Under the pieces are notes generated by a model. It was not told the origin of the DNA and did no database searches. It saw only the letters and a list, made by a program, of their open reading frames with translations. The translations under genes and the position numbers were made by a program. From contig OY762209.1 of assembly GCA_963665295.1 (NCBI GenBank), positions 2,880,001-2,944,000 on the forward strand: a stretch of 64,000 nucleotides of DNA, given 5' to 3'. Source of the DNA: Syntrophorhabdaceae bacterium. Its GTDB lineage: Bacteria > Desulfobacterota > Syntrophorhabdia > Syntrophorhabdales > Syntrophorhabdaceae. Every line of letters starts with the position of its first letter. Position 1 is the stretch's first letter. Shown piece after piece: positions 21,668 to 31,013 of this stretch.

Positions 21668-23518
21668 GTGGGCTCGGGTGACAGGGAGAAGTCAAGGAAT
21701 GAAATGGTCCTGGAGATAAGACAACTCCGGGAGCGCATCCTCCGCCTTGAGGAGTCGGTCCTCGAGAAACAGAACCTTCAGGAAAAGAGCCTGCAACTGG
21801 CCTCCATCGTCGAATCCTCCGATGACGCCATCATAGGAAAAACGGTAAACGGGACCATCGTAAACTGGAATAGGGCGGCCGAGCGGCTCTACGGCTATAG
21901 CGCCCGGGAAGCGTGCGGCCAAAACGTCTCCATCCTTACCCCTCAGGACCGAAAAGACGAGATTTCCAATGTCATCACAAAACTGAGGAAGGGAGATAGC
22001 GTCGATCATTTCGAGACCGTCCGGTTAAGAAAAGACGGCACCCCCATCGATGTTGCCCTCTCCATTTTTCCTATCCTGAACTCCAGAGCGGCCGTCACCG
22101 GTGTGTGCAGCATTACCAGGGACATTACGGAACGCAAAAGAATCGAGAATGCCTTGCGCCAAAGCGAGGAGAAGTACCGATCCATCTTCGAAAACGCCGT
22201 CGAGGGCATCTTTCAGACCACGCCCGAAGGCCGGTTTATCAGTGTGAACCCCGCCTTTGCAAAGATTCACGGCTATGAGTCTCCGGAAGAGATGATCAGC
22301 CGCATCACCAGCATAAAGGACCAGCTCTACGCGAACCCGGTGGACAGGGAGCGTTTCGCGAACCGGCTCGAAACGGATGGTGTTATTACCGCCTTCGAAA
22401 CGCAGTTCTATCGGAAAGACCTGTCAAAGATATGGGTATCCATGAATGCCCGTGTGCCGGCTCCGGTCGATGGCGGCCTGATCTGCTACGAAGGCACCCT
22501 GGAGGATGTGACCATGCGCAAGGCGGCGGAGGAAGCGTTGCGCATGGAAAAGAAGATATCCGATTCGACCCTGGACAGTCTGCCGGGTATCTTCTATATG
22601 TTCGACGAACACCTGAAATACCAGAGATGGAACAAGAACCTGGAGCGCATATCGGGGTATTCGGCGAACGAGATATCCCGGATGCGCGTTACCGGTTTCA
22701 TTCCCGTGGAGGACAGGCGGTTCATAAAGGAAAAGGTCCGCGAGGTATTTGAAAAAGGAGAGGCAACCATTGAAGCGGAACTTCTGACAAAAGACGGGCG
22801 CAAAATCCCGTTCTTCTTCACGGGGATAAGGGTCGTCTTCAGTCCCGAACGCTCTTCGGTGATCGGTGTGGGAATTGATATCACGGAGAGAAAGAAGTCT
22901 GAGAAGAGCCTTCGGGAAAGCGTCGCGCGGCTGAGGAAGGCAATGGTCGGGGTTATCGGGGCCCTGGTTGCGGCGGTTGAGATAAGAGACCCTTATATGG
23001 CGGGCCACCAGAGGCGGGTCGCGAAGCTCGCCGAGGCGATAGCCAGGAAAATGAAGGTCTCCTCCGATGTGATCGAGTGTACGCGCATGGCAGCATCCAT
23101 CCACGATCTGGGGAAGATATCCGTGCCCGCGGAGGTTTTGAGCAGACCTTCAAGGCTGTCGGACCCGGAAGGTGATCTCGTAGAGCGTCATGCGAGGTCG
23201 GGCTATGAGATGCTGAAGGACATAGAATTCCCCTGGCCCCTGGCGGAGGTAATCCTCCAGCACCACGAGAGGCTCGACGGTTCGGGGTATCCCGACCACC
23301 TGAAGGGCGACCAAATCCGGATGGAGGCGCGCATAATAGGAATAGCGGACGTGGTGGAAGCGATAGCGTCCCCCCGTCCCCACCGTCCCGCCCGGTCCAT
23401 AGAAGCGGCCCTCGCAGAGATAGAGAAGAATAAAAGCACCCTCTACGATCCCGACCTGGTGGATGTGTGCCTAGCCTTGTTCAGGACCGAAGGCTTCAGT
23501 TTCGAGCAGAGCGAGTAA
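21668..23518 (+). CDS. Three-PAS HD-GYP domain protein (cyclic-dinucleotide phosphodiesterase)
   Basis: Three PAS/PAC repeats, then RDPYMAGHQRRV, IHDLGKI, HHERLDGSGYP. Confidence 0.92.
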   Translation: MGSGDREKSRNEMVLEIRQLRERILRLEESVLEKQNLQEKSLQLASIVESSDDAIIGKTVNGTIVNWNRAAERLYGYSAREACGQNVSILTPQDRKDEISNVITKLRKGDSVDHFETVRLRKDGTPIDVALSIFPILNSRAAVTGVCSITRDITERKRIENALRQSEEKYRSIFENAVEGIFQTTPEGRFISVNPAFAKIHGYESPEEMISRITSIKDQLYANPVDRERFANRLETDGVITAFETQFYRKDLSKIWVSMNARVPAPVDGGLICYEGTLEDVTMRKAAEEALRMEKKISDSTLDSLPGIFYMFDEHLKYQRWNKNLERISGYSANEISRMRVTGFIPVEDRRFIKEKVREVFEKGEATIEAELLTKDGRKIPFFFTGIRVVFSPERSSVIGVGIDITERKKSEKSLRESVARLRKAMVGVIGALVAAVEIRDPYMAGHQRRVAKLAEAIARKMKVSSDVIECTRMAASIHDLGKISVPAEVLSRPSRLSDPEGDLVERHARSGYEMLKDIEFPWPLAEVILQHHERLDGSGYPDHLKGDQIRMEARIIGIADVVEAIASPRPHRPARSIEAALAEIEKNKSTLYDPDLVDVCLALFRTEGFSFEQSE

Positions 23519-23622
23519 ATGTATAAATGGGTGTTGCGGTTGGTGGGACAGAGATTCATGTCTTGATCGTCTGGTGGCTTTAGGCACGTTGGGTGTTTCA
23601 GGCGTCTCAGGCGTTTGTTTTA

Positions 23623-23772
23623 GTGGATAGGCGGCCGGACGGAACGAACGCTCCATATAGGCCACTCTGCAAAGGGAGGCGTGCTCTGGCGTATGAGTAT
23701 ACGCCGACGCCCTACCTCCCTTCACAGCCTGGCCCATCTGAAGTGTCCGTCCCGTCCGGCCGCCTACTCCAC
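23623..23772. repeat. 150-nt imperfect inverted repeat (long hairpin; ncRNA or REP/MITE-like)
   Basis: Arms 23623-23694 and 23699-23772 around a 4-nt loop; includes the perfect segment TAGGCGGCCGGACGG / CCGTCCGGCCGCCTA. Confidence 0.85.
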
Positions 23773-24163
23773 CCGGCGCTGTTGAATTTATTAAACAATT
23801 GACGCCGGAAAAGTAAGACGCAGTTTGAAACAGACCGCTTTAGCTTCGTGGGTGTAGGGATTACGCGAGGGTCGGATATGTGTTACGCTCTTCTTCCTGA
23901 AGTTAATACCCGGCCTCTGGCGGACCATGCACGCCTTCAAATGGCATTTCACTGAGGCTTCTATACCTTTGGACTTGAAATAAGGACAGAATAAGAGGAA
24001 AATGAAAATGTATCGTGGGCATCAGGAAGGGCAACGTGGAGAATTTGTCACGCTGCTCAACTCCGTCACCCAAGTGCCCTATGCAAATGCCGGAAACTTG
24101 AAGAGCAAGAAACACGTTTGCACCAACGTCCCCATGGGCGTAATAAGATCAGGGGGTGGGTCT

Positions 24164-24244
24164 ATGAAGATAATTTCGCTGTTCAATAACAAAGGTGGCG
24201 TCGGCAAGACGACGCTTTCCTATCCAATCAAGCGTGGACATTAA
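24164..24244 (+). pseudogene. N-terminal stub of a ParA/Soj-family ATPase
   Basis: MKIISLFNNKGGVGKTTLSY (deviant Walker A), then stop after 26 codons. Confidence 0.75.
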
Positions 24245-26268
24245 AGTTTTTCGAGTTCCTGCATTTTTTTACATAGTAACAGGAAAACGTGACGTTGTCA
24301 TTTACTTCTTCTTCTTTTTCTTCTTCTTTGTCTCAACTCCAGTAAATCTCTTTTTCCTTGCATAATAAGCAAATTAGCGGGAGAATGAAGGGAGTTCTAT
24401 AGTCACCGATCACGATTCAGTTCCGTTGGGAGAGTTGTTGTAATACAGTAATCGAACGTATATCCAGCGTTCTCGGAGGCAAGACAAATGTATATTGCCA
24501 AGATTGCCATAGAAAATTTTCGTAATTTCAAGAAGACTGAGATCGTATTCAATGACGGCGTAAACGTTATCATAGGTCCTAATAATTCTGGGAAGACGAA
24601 CCTAATCAGAGCACTCTCGCTCCCAATTCATTATCAGGGCTCCAAGCGACTCGATACAGATGACTTCAACAAAGACATCTCTTTGGAAGAACTCAAAGCC
24701 GATCCACCCAAAATCAGCATTGCTATTACCATAAGACAAGGTCAAAACCAAGAACTCGACGATTTGGTAACCGTTAGCAATTGGCTGACCAGATTAGATG
24801 ATCCATATGAAGCATTACTGACATACCGTTTCTTTCTGCCAGAGAGGGAGAAAGACAATTATGTGAAGGCTGTTGCGGGAGTCGCAGATACCGACTCAAA
24901 TTCCGTTAACATGATCTGGAGAATTATCAAAACTGATTTTATCAGATTATACACATACAAAATATGGGGGGGAAGGCCCGAAAATCAGGCCATTGCGGAC
25001 GCCGAATCGTTACAGCGATTTGATTTTCAGTTTTTAAGCGCAATTCGTGATGTCGAAAGGGATATGCTATCGGGTCGTGATACACTTCTGCGAGACGTTT
25101 TAGACTTTTTCATGGATTATGAGATAAAGATATTGCCAGAGGCGGATAAATCGAAAGAAGTTAAGATCGCTGAAATAAAGGCGAAACAGAAAGATTTCTC
25201 GAACAAAGCAGGTGATCTGCTTATTGAGCTTCAAAAGCGCATGGAGGCGGGCAAGAAACAGATACTATCCTACGCAAGTGACACGGGAGCATTATTTGAT
25301 AGAGCAACGCCGAACTTCGAAGGAAGCATTTCAGATGTCGAAATGTTCTCCGCACTTCGACTAATTGTAGAATATGAAACCGGAGTAAAGATTCCCGCTA
25401 CACATAATGGCCTCGGATACAACAATTTGATATTTATGTCGTTGCTTTTGGCAAAAATGCAGGTTAATTCTAATGGAGATTATTTGGGTAGCAATGCAAA
25501 GGTGTTTTCGACGCTGTCAATTGAAGAACCTGAGGCGCACTTGCATCCCTCAATGCAGTATAAGTTTCTGAAGTTCTTGAAAGAGAATAAGGAAAAGAAG
25601 AAGGTTAGACAAATTTTCGTGACCAGTCATTCCACGCATATTACATCGGCAGTATCGCTGGACGAAATCATTTGCCTCTATAACGAGAATAGAGACATAA
25701 AAGTCGGTTATCCGGGAAAGGTATTTCCAGATGAAAAAAGTAAGAAATATGTTCAACGGTTCCTGGATGCCACCAAATCGGATATGCTTTATGCCCGGAG
25801 AGTCATTCTAGTTGAAGGACTAGCTGAGCAATTGCTCCTATCAATTTTATCGCGCTATTTGCGTAAATCACTAGAAGATAACCATGTTGCCGTGATAAAT
25901 GTCGGAGGAAGGTTCTTCGACTATTTCCTGTATTTATTTGATAGCCCAAAGCCCAATACGATCCCCAAGAAGATTGCGTGTCTTACCGACAGAGACCCGG
26001 CCAGAAAATATAAGTCCGGCGGAGAATACTCAAAGTGCTATCCGTTTCAAAGTAAACAGGATACCGCGAAGTATGTGTACAAAATCTACGCAACTGAGAA
26101 AATTCAACAGTATAATACTCACTGCAATGTGCGGTTCTTCAGTCAAGATGAGATTAAAGGCAAAACATTTGAGTACGACTTGGTTCTGCATACCCTCCGT
26201 GCCAATATAAGTGAGACACTTCCCACCCAATAGTTTAGACTCTTGGGGGCGGGAAGGAAAGAACGATC

Positions 26269-26667
26269 GTGGAAGAAAAGAAATCAGTCATGGCATCACC
26301 AAGGGTAGTCCCCGATCCGGAAGTACCGGAAAAGGCAGTTCGCCGGAAATTCACCGCGGCGTACAAGCTCCGTATCCTCAAGGAGGTGGAGAACTGTACC
26401 GGGAAGGGTGAGATAGGGGCGCTTCTGCGCAGAGAGGGACTTTATTCATCGAGCCTCACCTCATGGCGGCGTCAGGTTCACCAGGGCCTCATCCCGAAAA
26501 AGAGAGGACCCGTCACACAAAAGCCTGATCCCCTTATCCGTCGCACCATCGAACTGGAAAAGGAGAACACGAGGCTCACCCATAAACTGAAACAGGCGGA
26601 GCTCATTATCGAGGTCCAAAAAAAAGTGGCCGAGCTGCTCAAGGGGTCGAGCGAGGAGAAGTCATGA
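26269..26667 (+). CDS. IS3-like transposase OrfA (HTH)
   Basis: RRKFTAAYKLRIL...ALLRREGLYSSSLTSWRRQ; A8 run at 26618-26625 with an open -1 frame leading into orfB. Confidence 0.9.
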   Translation: MEEKKSVMASPRVVPDPEVPEKAVRRKFTAAYKLRILKEVENCTGKGEIGALLRREGLYSSSLTSWRRQVHQGLIPKKRGPVTQKPDPLIRRTIELEKENTRLTHKLKQAELIIEVQKKVAELLKGSSEEKS

Positions 26668-27662
26668 ACATCACGCAATCGCTTGCCCATGAAGTGGGTA
26701 TCCGCCCTGCCTGCAACGCCCTCGACGTATCCCGTGCGGGCTTTTACCGGTGGCAGCATCCGAAAGAGAAGGAACCTTTGAACCGTCTCTCTCCCTTGGC
26801 CCTCTCCTTCGGGGAACGGAACGATGTACTTGATATCCTTCATTCGGACCGCTTCATCGATAAAGCACCCCGGGAAATCTACGCGGCCCTCCTGGACGAG
26901 AAGAGCTATCTCTGTTCAGTGCGCACCATGTACCGGATCCTTGAAGAAGAAGGTGAGCTGAAAGAAAGGAGGAGGCAGGTCTCCCGTCCCCGGTACGCAA
27001 AACCGGAGATCCTCGCGAAGGCGCCCAACGAGGCGTGGAGCTGGGATATCACGAAGCTCAAGGGTTCCGTAAAATGGACCTACTACTACCTCTATGTGAT
27101 CCTCGACATCTACAGCCGCTATGTGGTGGGGTGGATGGTGGCCCACAGGGAACTTGCCGCCCTTGCTCGCAAACTGATCGCGGAGACCTGCGAGAAGCAA
27201 ATGATAGAGCCCGGTAAGCTCCTGATCCATGCGGACAGGGGGTCGAGTATGACGTCGAAACCCGTCGCCCTGCTCATGGCCGATCTCGGGGTCACCAAGA
27301 GCCATTCGAGGCCTTCGGTCAGTAATGACAACCCCTATTCCGAATCTCAGTTCAAGACCATGAAGTACCGGCCCGAGTTCCCTCAAAGGTTCGGCTCCAT
27401 TGAGGATGCCCGGGCCTTTTGCCAGACATTCTTCCCCTGGTACAATACCGAGCATTACCATTCGGGGATAGGTCTTCTCACCCCCGAGGACGTCCATTAT
27501 GGAAGAGCGTTGAGGATCATTGAAGGTCGTACGGACGTACTGCGGGCTGCGTATGAAAAACATCCGGAACGGTTCAAGGGGAGGATGCCGAAACCGGCGT
27601 CACTGCCTGACGCCGTCTGGATCAATAAGCCATTATCAACGAGCGATGGCGGGGTACACTAA
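26664..27662 (+). CDS. IS3-like transposase OrfB (DDE integrase core)
   Basis: WSWDIT, HADRGS, NDNPYSESQFKT. Confidence 0.95.
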   Translation: MNITQSLAHEVGIRPACNALDVSRAGFYRWQHPKEKEPLNRLSPLALSFGERNDVLDILHSDRFIDKAPREIYAALLDEKSYLCSVRTMYRILEEEGELKERRRQVSRPRYAKPEILAKAPNEAWSWDITKLKGSVKWTYYYLYVILDIYSRYVVGWMVAHRELAALARKLIAETCEKQMIEPGKLLIHADRGSSMTSKPVALLMADLGVTKSHSRPSVSNDNPYSESQFKTMKYRPEFPQRFGSIEDARAFCQTFFPWYNTEHYHSGIGLLTPEDVHYGRALRIIEGRTDVLRAAYEKHPERFKGRMPKPASLPDAVWINKPLSTSDGGVH

Positions 27663-28063
27663 ATATCTGATGGAAGTGTCTCATTTTCATTGACACGTTC
27701 CGATAATCCGACATCAGAACTTCTCGTCACGGATTCAATGAGCAACAAAACTGAGATCAAATCCCTAATGCAGTTTTACAAGGAAAATAAGCCGGTCGAG
27801 GAGTTTCTCGGTATACTCCAGGAGGGGACCGAAGCGAATCCAAATAAACAGAACAAAGAAATAAAAGACGGGATAAGGCAGTGTAATTGGGACAATGATG
27901 ATGACAAGAGAGCTGCAATTATCGCCTCACGTTACCTAAATTCTTTAGGAAAAGGCACGAATGCGTTGGAACTTGCCTATGCTTTAGACGACAACTTGCG
28001 TAGAGAAGGCCAAGAAGCCTACCAACATTTTGTCGTTCCGTCCTACATAGCAAATGCGATAGA

Positions 28064-29845
28064 ATGGATATGTCAATAAACAGAATCACGTCGGATTCCT
28101 TACTCATAAATATAGAGCACCACTTTAAAGTATCTGCAGGACCGGGTGCCGGGAAAACGCATTGGTTAATTGAGCACATAAAGAACGTTCTGCATCGTTC
28201 AAATAGATTTGACAAGACTCGTAGAATAGCCTGTATTACATATACGAACATTGCCGTCGAAACGATTCTCGGTCGATTGGGCACTTCTTCGGACCGCGTA
28301 GAAGTGTCAACCATTCATAGCTTTCTCTACAAATACATCGTCAAGCCTTATGCGCCATTCATAGCCGACACTTATGGCCTGAATGTGGAAGAAATGGATG
28401 GACACGATGATCCTGTTGTCCATCTTAAATATGTATTAAGCTGGATAGGGTCTCATTCGCGGAAAAATGAACTTATACATCCGTATACTGAAAATCAGTT
28501 AACAAAATTGCCCAACAACACTCAAGCGCTCGTGCGATGGCTATCGTCTTTGAGCTACTGTTTTGACTCGTCTAATTCTTTGAAAATTAGGAATAGAAGG
28601 GATGAAGCGTTTTATGACGACAGGGGTACCCGAAAATACTTAAGAACTGACTGCTTGGACATATTGGAGACAGACTTGCTCTCCTATAAACGAATATATT
28701 GGGGGGATGGTATTATCTTCCACGATGATGTCCTCTTTTTTGCATACGAGCTAATTCGTATCTTCCCTTTCATTTTGCAGGTATTAAGAGCAAGGTTTCC
28801 CTATTTCTTTGTTGACGAATTTCAGGACACCAATCCGATACAAGCCGCTATTCTTTATCAGATAGGGCAATGTAACACTGTTGTAGGGGTGATAGGCGAC
28901 ACGGCGCAATCAATCTACAGTTTTCAGGGAGCAGCGCCTGACAAATTTACTTCTTTCAATCTTCCGGGGATGATCGATTATCAAATCAAGGAGAACAGAC
29001 GAAGTACTAACGAAATAATAGGAGTTTTGAATGCAATACGTTCCGACATTCAGCAAATAAATTACAACGATGTAACTGGCATTCAGCCGACCATTATTGT
29101 TGGGCAAACGACTGACTCACTTCGATGGTCAAAAGAACAATGCAATGGGGAGAAGGTATGCTCTCTGTCGAGAGATAATATTACATCGAATGCAATGAAA
29201 CGCGACATAGGAGGAGCATCTTTTAACGATCATTTATTCGAAGAATTGCAGCAGGAGGACGTCAACCGGCATAGAAGTACAGTTATCATTGCCTGCATAA
29301 AGGCAGTTGAGTTAGCTCGGGAAGGAAGATACAAAGATTCGATAAGGGAGTTGGAAAAGAAGGTTTTTAGAGACCGGACCGATAAGGCTAAAGGCAAAAG
29401 AAACTCATTAAAACGTGTCCAAATTCTTCTAAGGAATTATGATGATTATAAGGATGGATCACTATACGAGTTTTGCTTGATCGTCAAAGCCAATATCAAG
29501 AAGGATATTCCTGGCTTGAAAAGCGGAAAAGCCAGGACTTTTTACGAAGGACACACTTATCAGCAATTGTCTTTATGTGTAAAAATAACCGAGGATACGA
29601 GTCCGCATAAAACAATTCACAAAGCGAAGGGAGATGAATTTGATAACGTGTTACTTATATTACGTAAAGAGGCAGATTTGGGGTTCTTGCTGAACCCCAA
29701 CTTGACTGCAACCAACGCCGAGGAGCAAAGGATAAATTACGTGGCCGTCAGTAGAGCTAAAAGTCGACTATTTCTTTCAGTGCCCTCTTTAGAGGCAGAC
29801 AAACAAGCGATCCTGAGTGATAGATTTCAAATAAAAATACTCTAA
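28064..29845 (+). CDS. gajB: UvrD/Rep-family helicase (Gabija GajB-like)
   Basis: AGPGAGKT, ITYTN, TIHSF, VDEFQD, IGDTAQSIYSFQGA, TIHKAKGDEFD, YVAVSRA. Overlaps the gajA stop; alternative start at 28070. Confidence 0.88.
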   Translation: MDMSINRITSDSLLINIEHHFKVSAGPGAGKTHWLIEHIKNVLHRSNRFDKTRRIACITYTNIAVETILGRLGTSSDRVEVSTIHSFLYKYIVKPYAPFIADTYGLNVEEMDGHDDPVVHLKYVLSWIGSHSRKNELIHPYTENQLTKLPNNTQALVRWLSSLSYCFDSSNSLKIRNRRDEAFYDDRGTRKYLRTDCLDILETDLLSYKRIYWGDGIIFHDDVLFFAYELIRIFPFILQVLRARFPYFFVDEFQDTNPIQAAILYQIGQCNTVVGVIGDTAQSIYSFQGAAPDKFTSFNLPGMIDYQIKENRRSTNEIIGVLNAIRSDIQQINYNDVTGIQPTIIVGQTTDSLRWSKEQCNGEKVCSLSRDNITSNAMKRDIGGASFNDHLFEELQQEDVNRHRSTVIIACIKAVELAREGRYKDSIRELEKKVFRDRTDKAKGKRNSLKRVQILLRNYDDYKDGSLYEFCLIVKANIKKDIPGLKSGKARTFYEGHTYQQLSLCVKITEDTSPHKTIHKAKGDEFDNVLLILRKEADLGFLLNPNLTATNAEEQRINYVAVSRAKSRLFLSVPSLEADKQAILSDRFQIKIL

Positions 29846-29906
29846 GATGGTACATCTTTATTGTCCAATCCGCTCACTTCGAACAGCCAATTCGGTTTTA
29901 TCCGAA

Positions 29907-30159
29907 GTAACAGTTTAGTCCCCCTCACGGAGCCCTCGCCCCATTGCGATACAGTGCCGCCTGTGCCGTCACGGTATCCGACACCAGGAGCGTCTCCAGG
30001 AACTTCCGTGGATCGTTCCCTTGCCTCATGGAAGTAATGATGAGACTCGGCAGGATACTGTGGGTCTTCAGTCCCGTTGCCGACCGCGTACCGAACATAA
30101 GCTTCCTCATGATCACCAGGAAGCGGATCGACTGTTCTGCCTGGTTGTTGGTAGGTGGT
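29907..30159 (-). mobile_element. Truncated IS66-family copy (terminal IR plus 3' end of transposase)
   Basis: Near-identical (at least 3 substitutions) to 30996-31248; begins GTAACAGTTTAGTCCCCC; similarity stops abruptly at 30159. Confidence 0.92.
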
Positions 30160-30995
30160 TGCGATTTTTCAGGTTAATTCACCCACCCCATTTTCAGGTT
30201 AATTCACCCGGGTACGGCGCAACATCCTCAGTTTTCTACCATGCCTGTTTCCTCATGTTCAATCCTTTTCAGTTGCCTTTTTTGCCCCTGCCCATTCTCT
30301 TGCGGTAGCTCTCCCCCTCGATGAAGATCTGGTGGGCATTGTGGGCCAGCCGATCAAGGAGGGAGTTCGCAAGAAGCGGATCATCAAAGAGGCTCATCCA
30401 CTCTTCAAGGGGCCGTGAGCTCGTGATGACCGTCGAGGCTCTCTGGTACCTCTCAATCATCACCTCATAGAGGTCCTGCGCCTCCGATCCCGTCAATCTC
30501 TGCAGGCCGAAGTCATCGATCACGAGCACGTGGGGATGGATGAGCTGGATAAGCTCCTTCCCGAAGGAGTGATCCGCCCGTGACTGATGGAGCCTTTTAA
30601 AGAGTATCTGGGAGCGGAGCATGAGCACGTTGAAGCCCCTCCGTACCGCGCTGTGGCCCAGGGCATTCGCAAGGTGGGTCTTCCCCACGCCCACGGGTCC
30701 GCAGATAATGACGTTCTCATGTCTTTCCGCAAAACCGAGGCCGAAGAGGTCTTTTACCTTGTCTCTATCCACGGTGATGGATGCCTCCCAGTCAAAGCGC
30801 TCCAGGGTCTGCTCCTGATCGAGGAGGGCGTCCTTCATCTTCCTCACGATCCTCCCCTGGGAGCGCCGCTCGAGCTCGTCGTTCAGCACAAGCTCCAGGA
30901 ACTCCCCGTAAGAGAGCTTCTGTGCTTTCGCATAGGACCCTCTCTCCGGCAGGGTGGCGAGGATGCCTGAGAGCCTGAGCTTTTTAAGCGTCTGT
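30160..30995 (-). mobile_element. Truncated IS21-family element (terminal repeats plus disrupted istB; istA absent)
   Basis: TG terminus at 30160; 19-bp repeat TTTTCAGGTTAATTCACCC at 30166-30184 and 30191-30209; IstB ORF. Confidence 0.88.
30269..30995 (-). pseudogene. istB: IS21 helper ATPase IstB, 5' end cut by IS66
   Basis: QTLKKLRLSGILATLPER...ICGPVGVGKTHLA, LVIDDFG, LLDRLAHNAH..IEGESYR. The frame extends upstream of the track ORF to the IS66 junction. Confidence 0.88.
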
Positions 30996-31013
30996 GTAAC
31001 AGTTTAGTCCCCC

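Larger units (their letters stand above)
26193..27702 (+). mobile_element. IS3-family-like insertion sequence, 1510 bp, 3-bp target duplication ATA
   Basis: Inverted repeats CGTGCCAATATAAGTGAGACACTTCC (26198-26223) and GGAAGTGTCTCATTTTCATTGACACG (27672-27697); ATA at 26190-26192 and 27703-27705. Confidence 0.92.
24488..28079 (+). pseudogene. gajA: OLD-family ATP-dependent nuclease (Gabija GajA-like), interrupted by an IS at 26193-27702
   Basis: Walker A GPNNSGKT, GLGYNN, IEEPEAHLHP, VTSHS, TOPRIM LVEGLAE and TDRD. Removing the IS plus one ATA copy rejoins ...YDLVLH|NPTSELL... in frame, giving ~692 aa. Confidence 0.88.

Noticed and set aside
18644..23500. tRNA-Ser as the integration site for the defence island
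   Set aside because: The tRNA 3' end faces rnr, host-like genes intervene, and I found no duplicated tRNA end or integrase.
23610..23790. Hairpin as an integron attC site or group II intron 3' end
   Set aside because: GTTGAAT lies on the right but there is no matching RYYYAAC on the left and no integrase nearby. The CCTACTCCAC end has no domain V upstream and there is no reverse transcriptase.
24280..24345. CTT-rich tract reading ...ETKKKKKKK-stop on the minus strand, with a GTGACGTTGTC motif loosely like 32952-32975
   Set aside because: May be a gene-end remnant, but it is too short and the two motifs are too dissimilar to call a repeat or att site.
30166..30209. 19-bp direct repeat pair as a mini-CRISPR or iteron
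   Set aside because: Two copies with a 6-bp gap just inside an IS21 terminus; typical transposase-binding repeats. No CRISPR array or cas gene was seen in the window.
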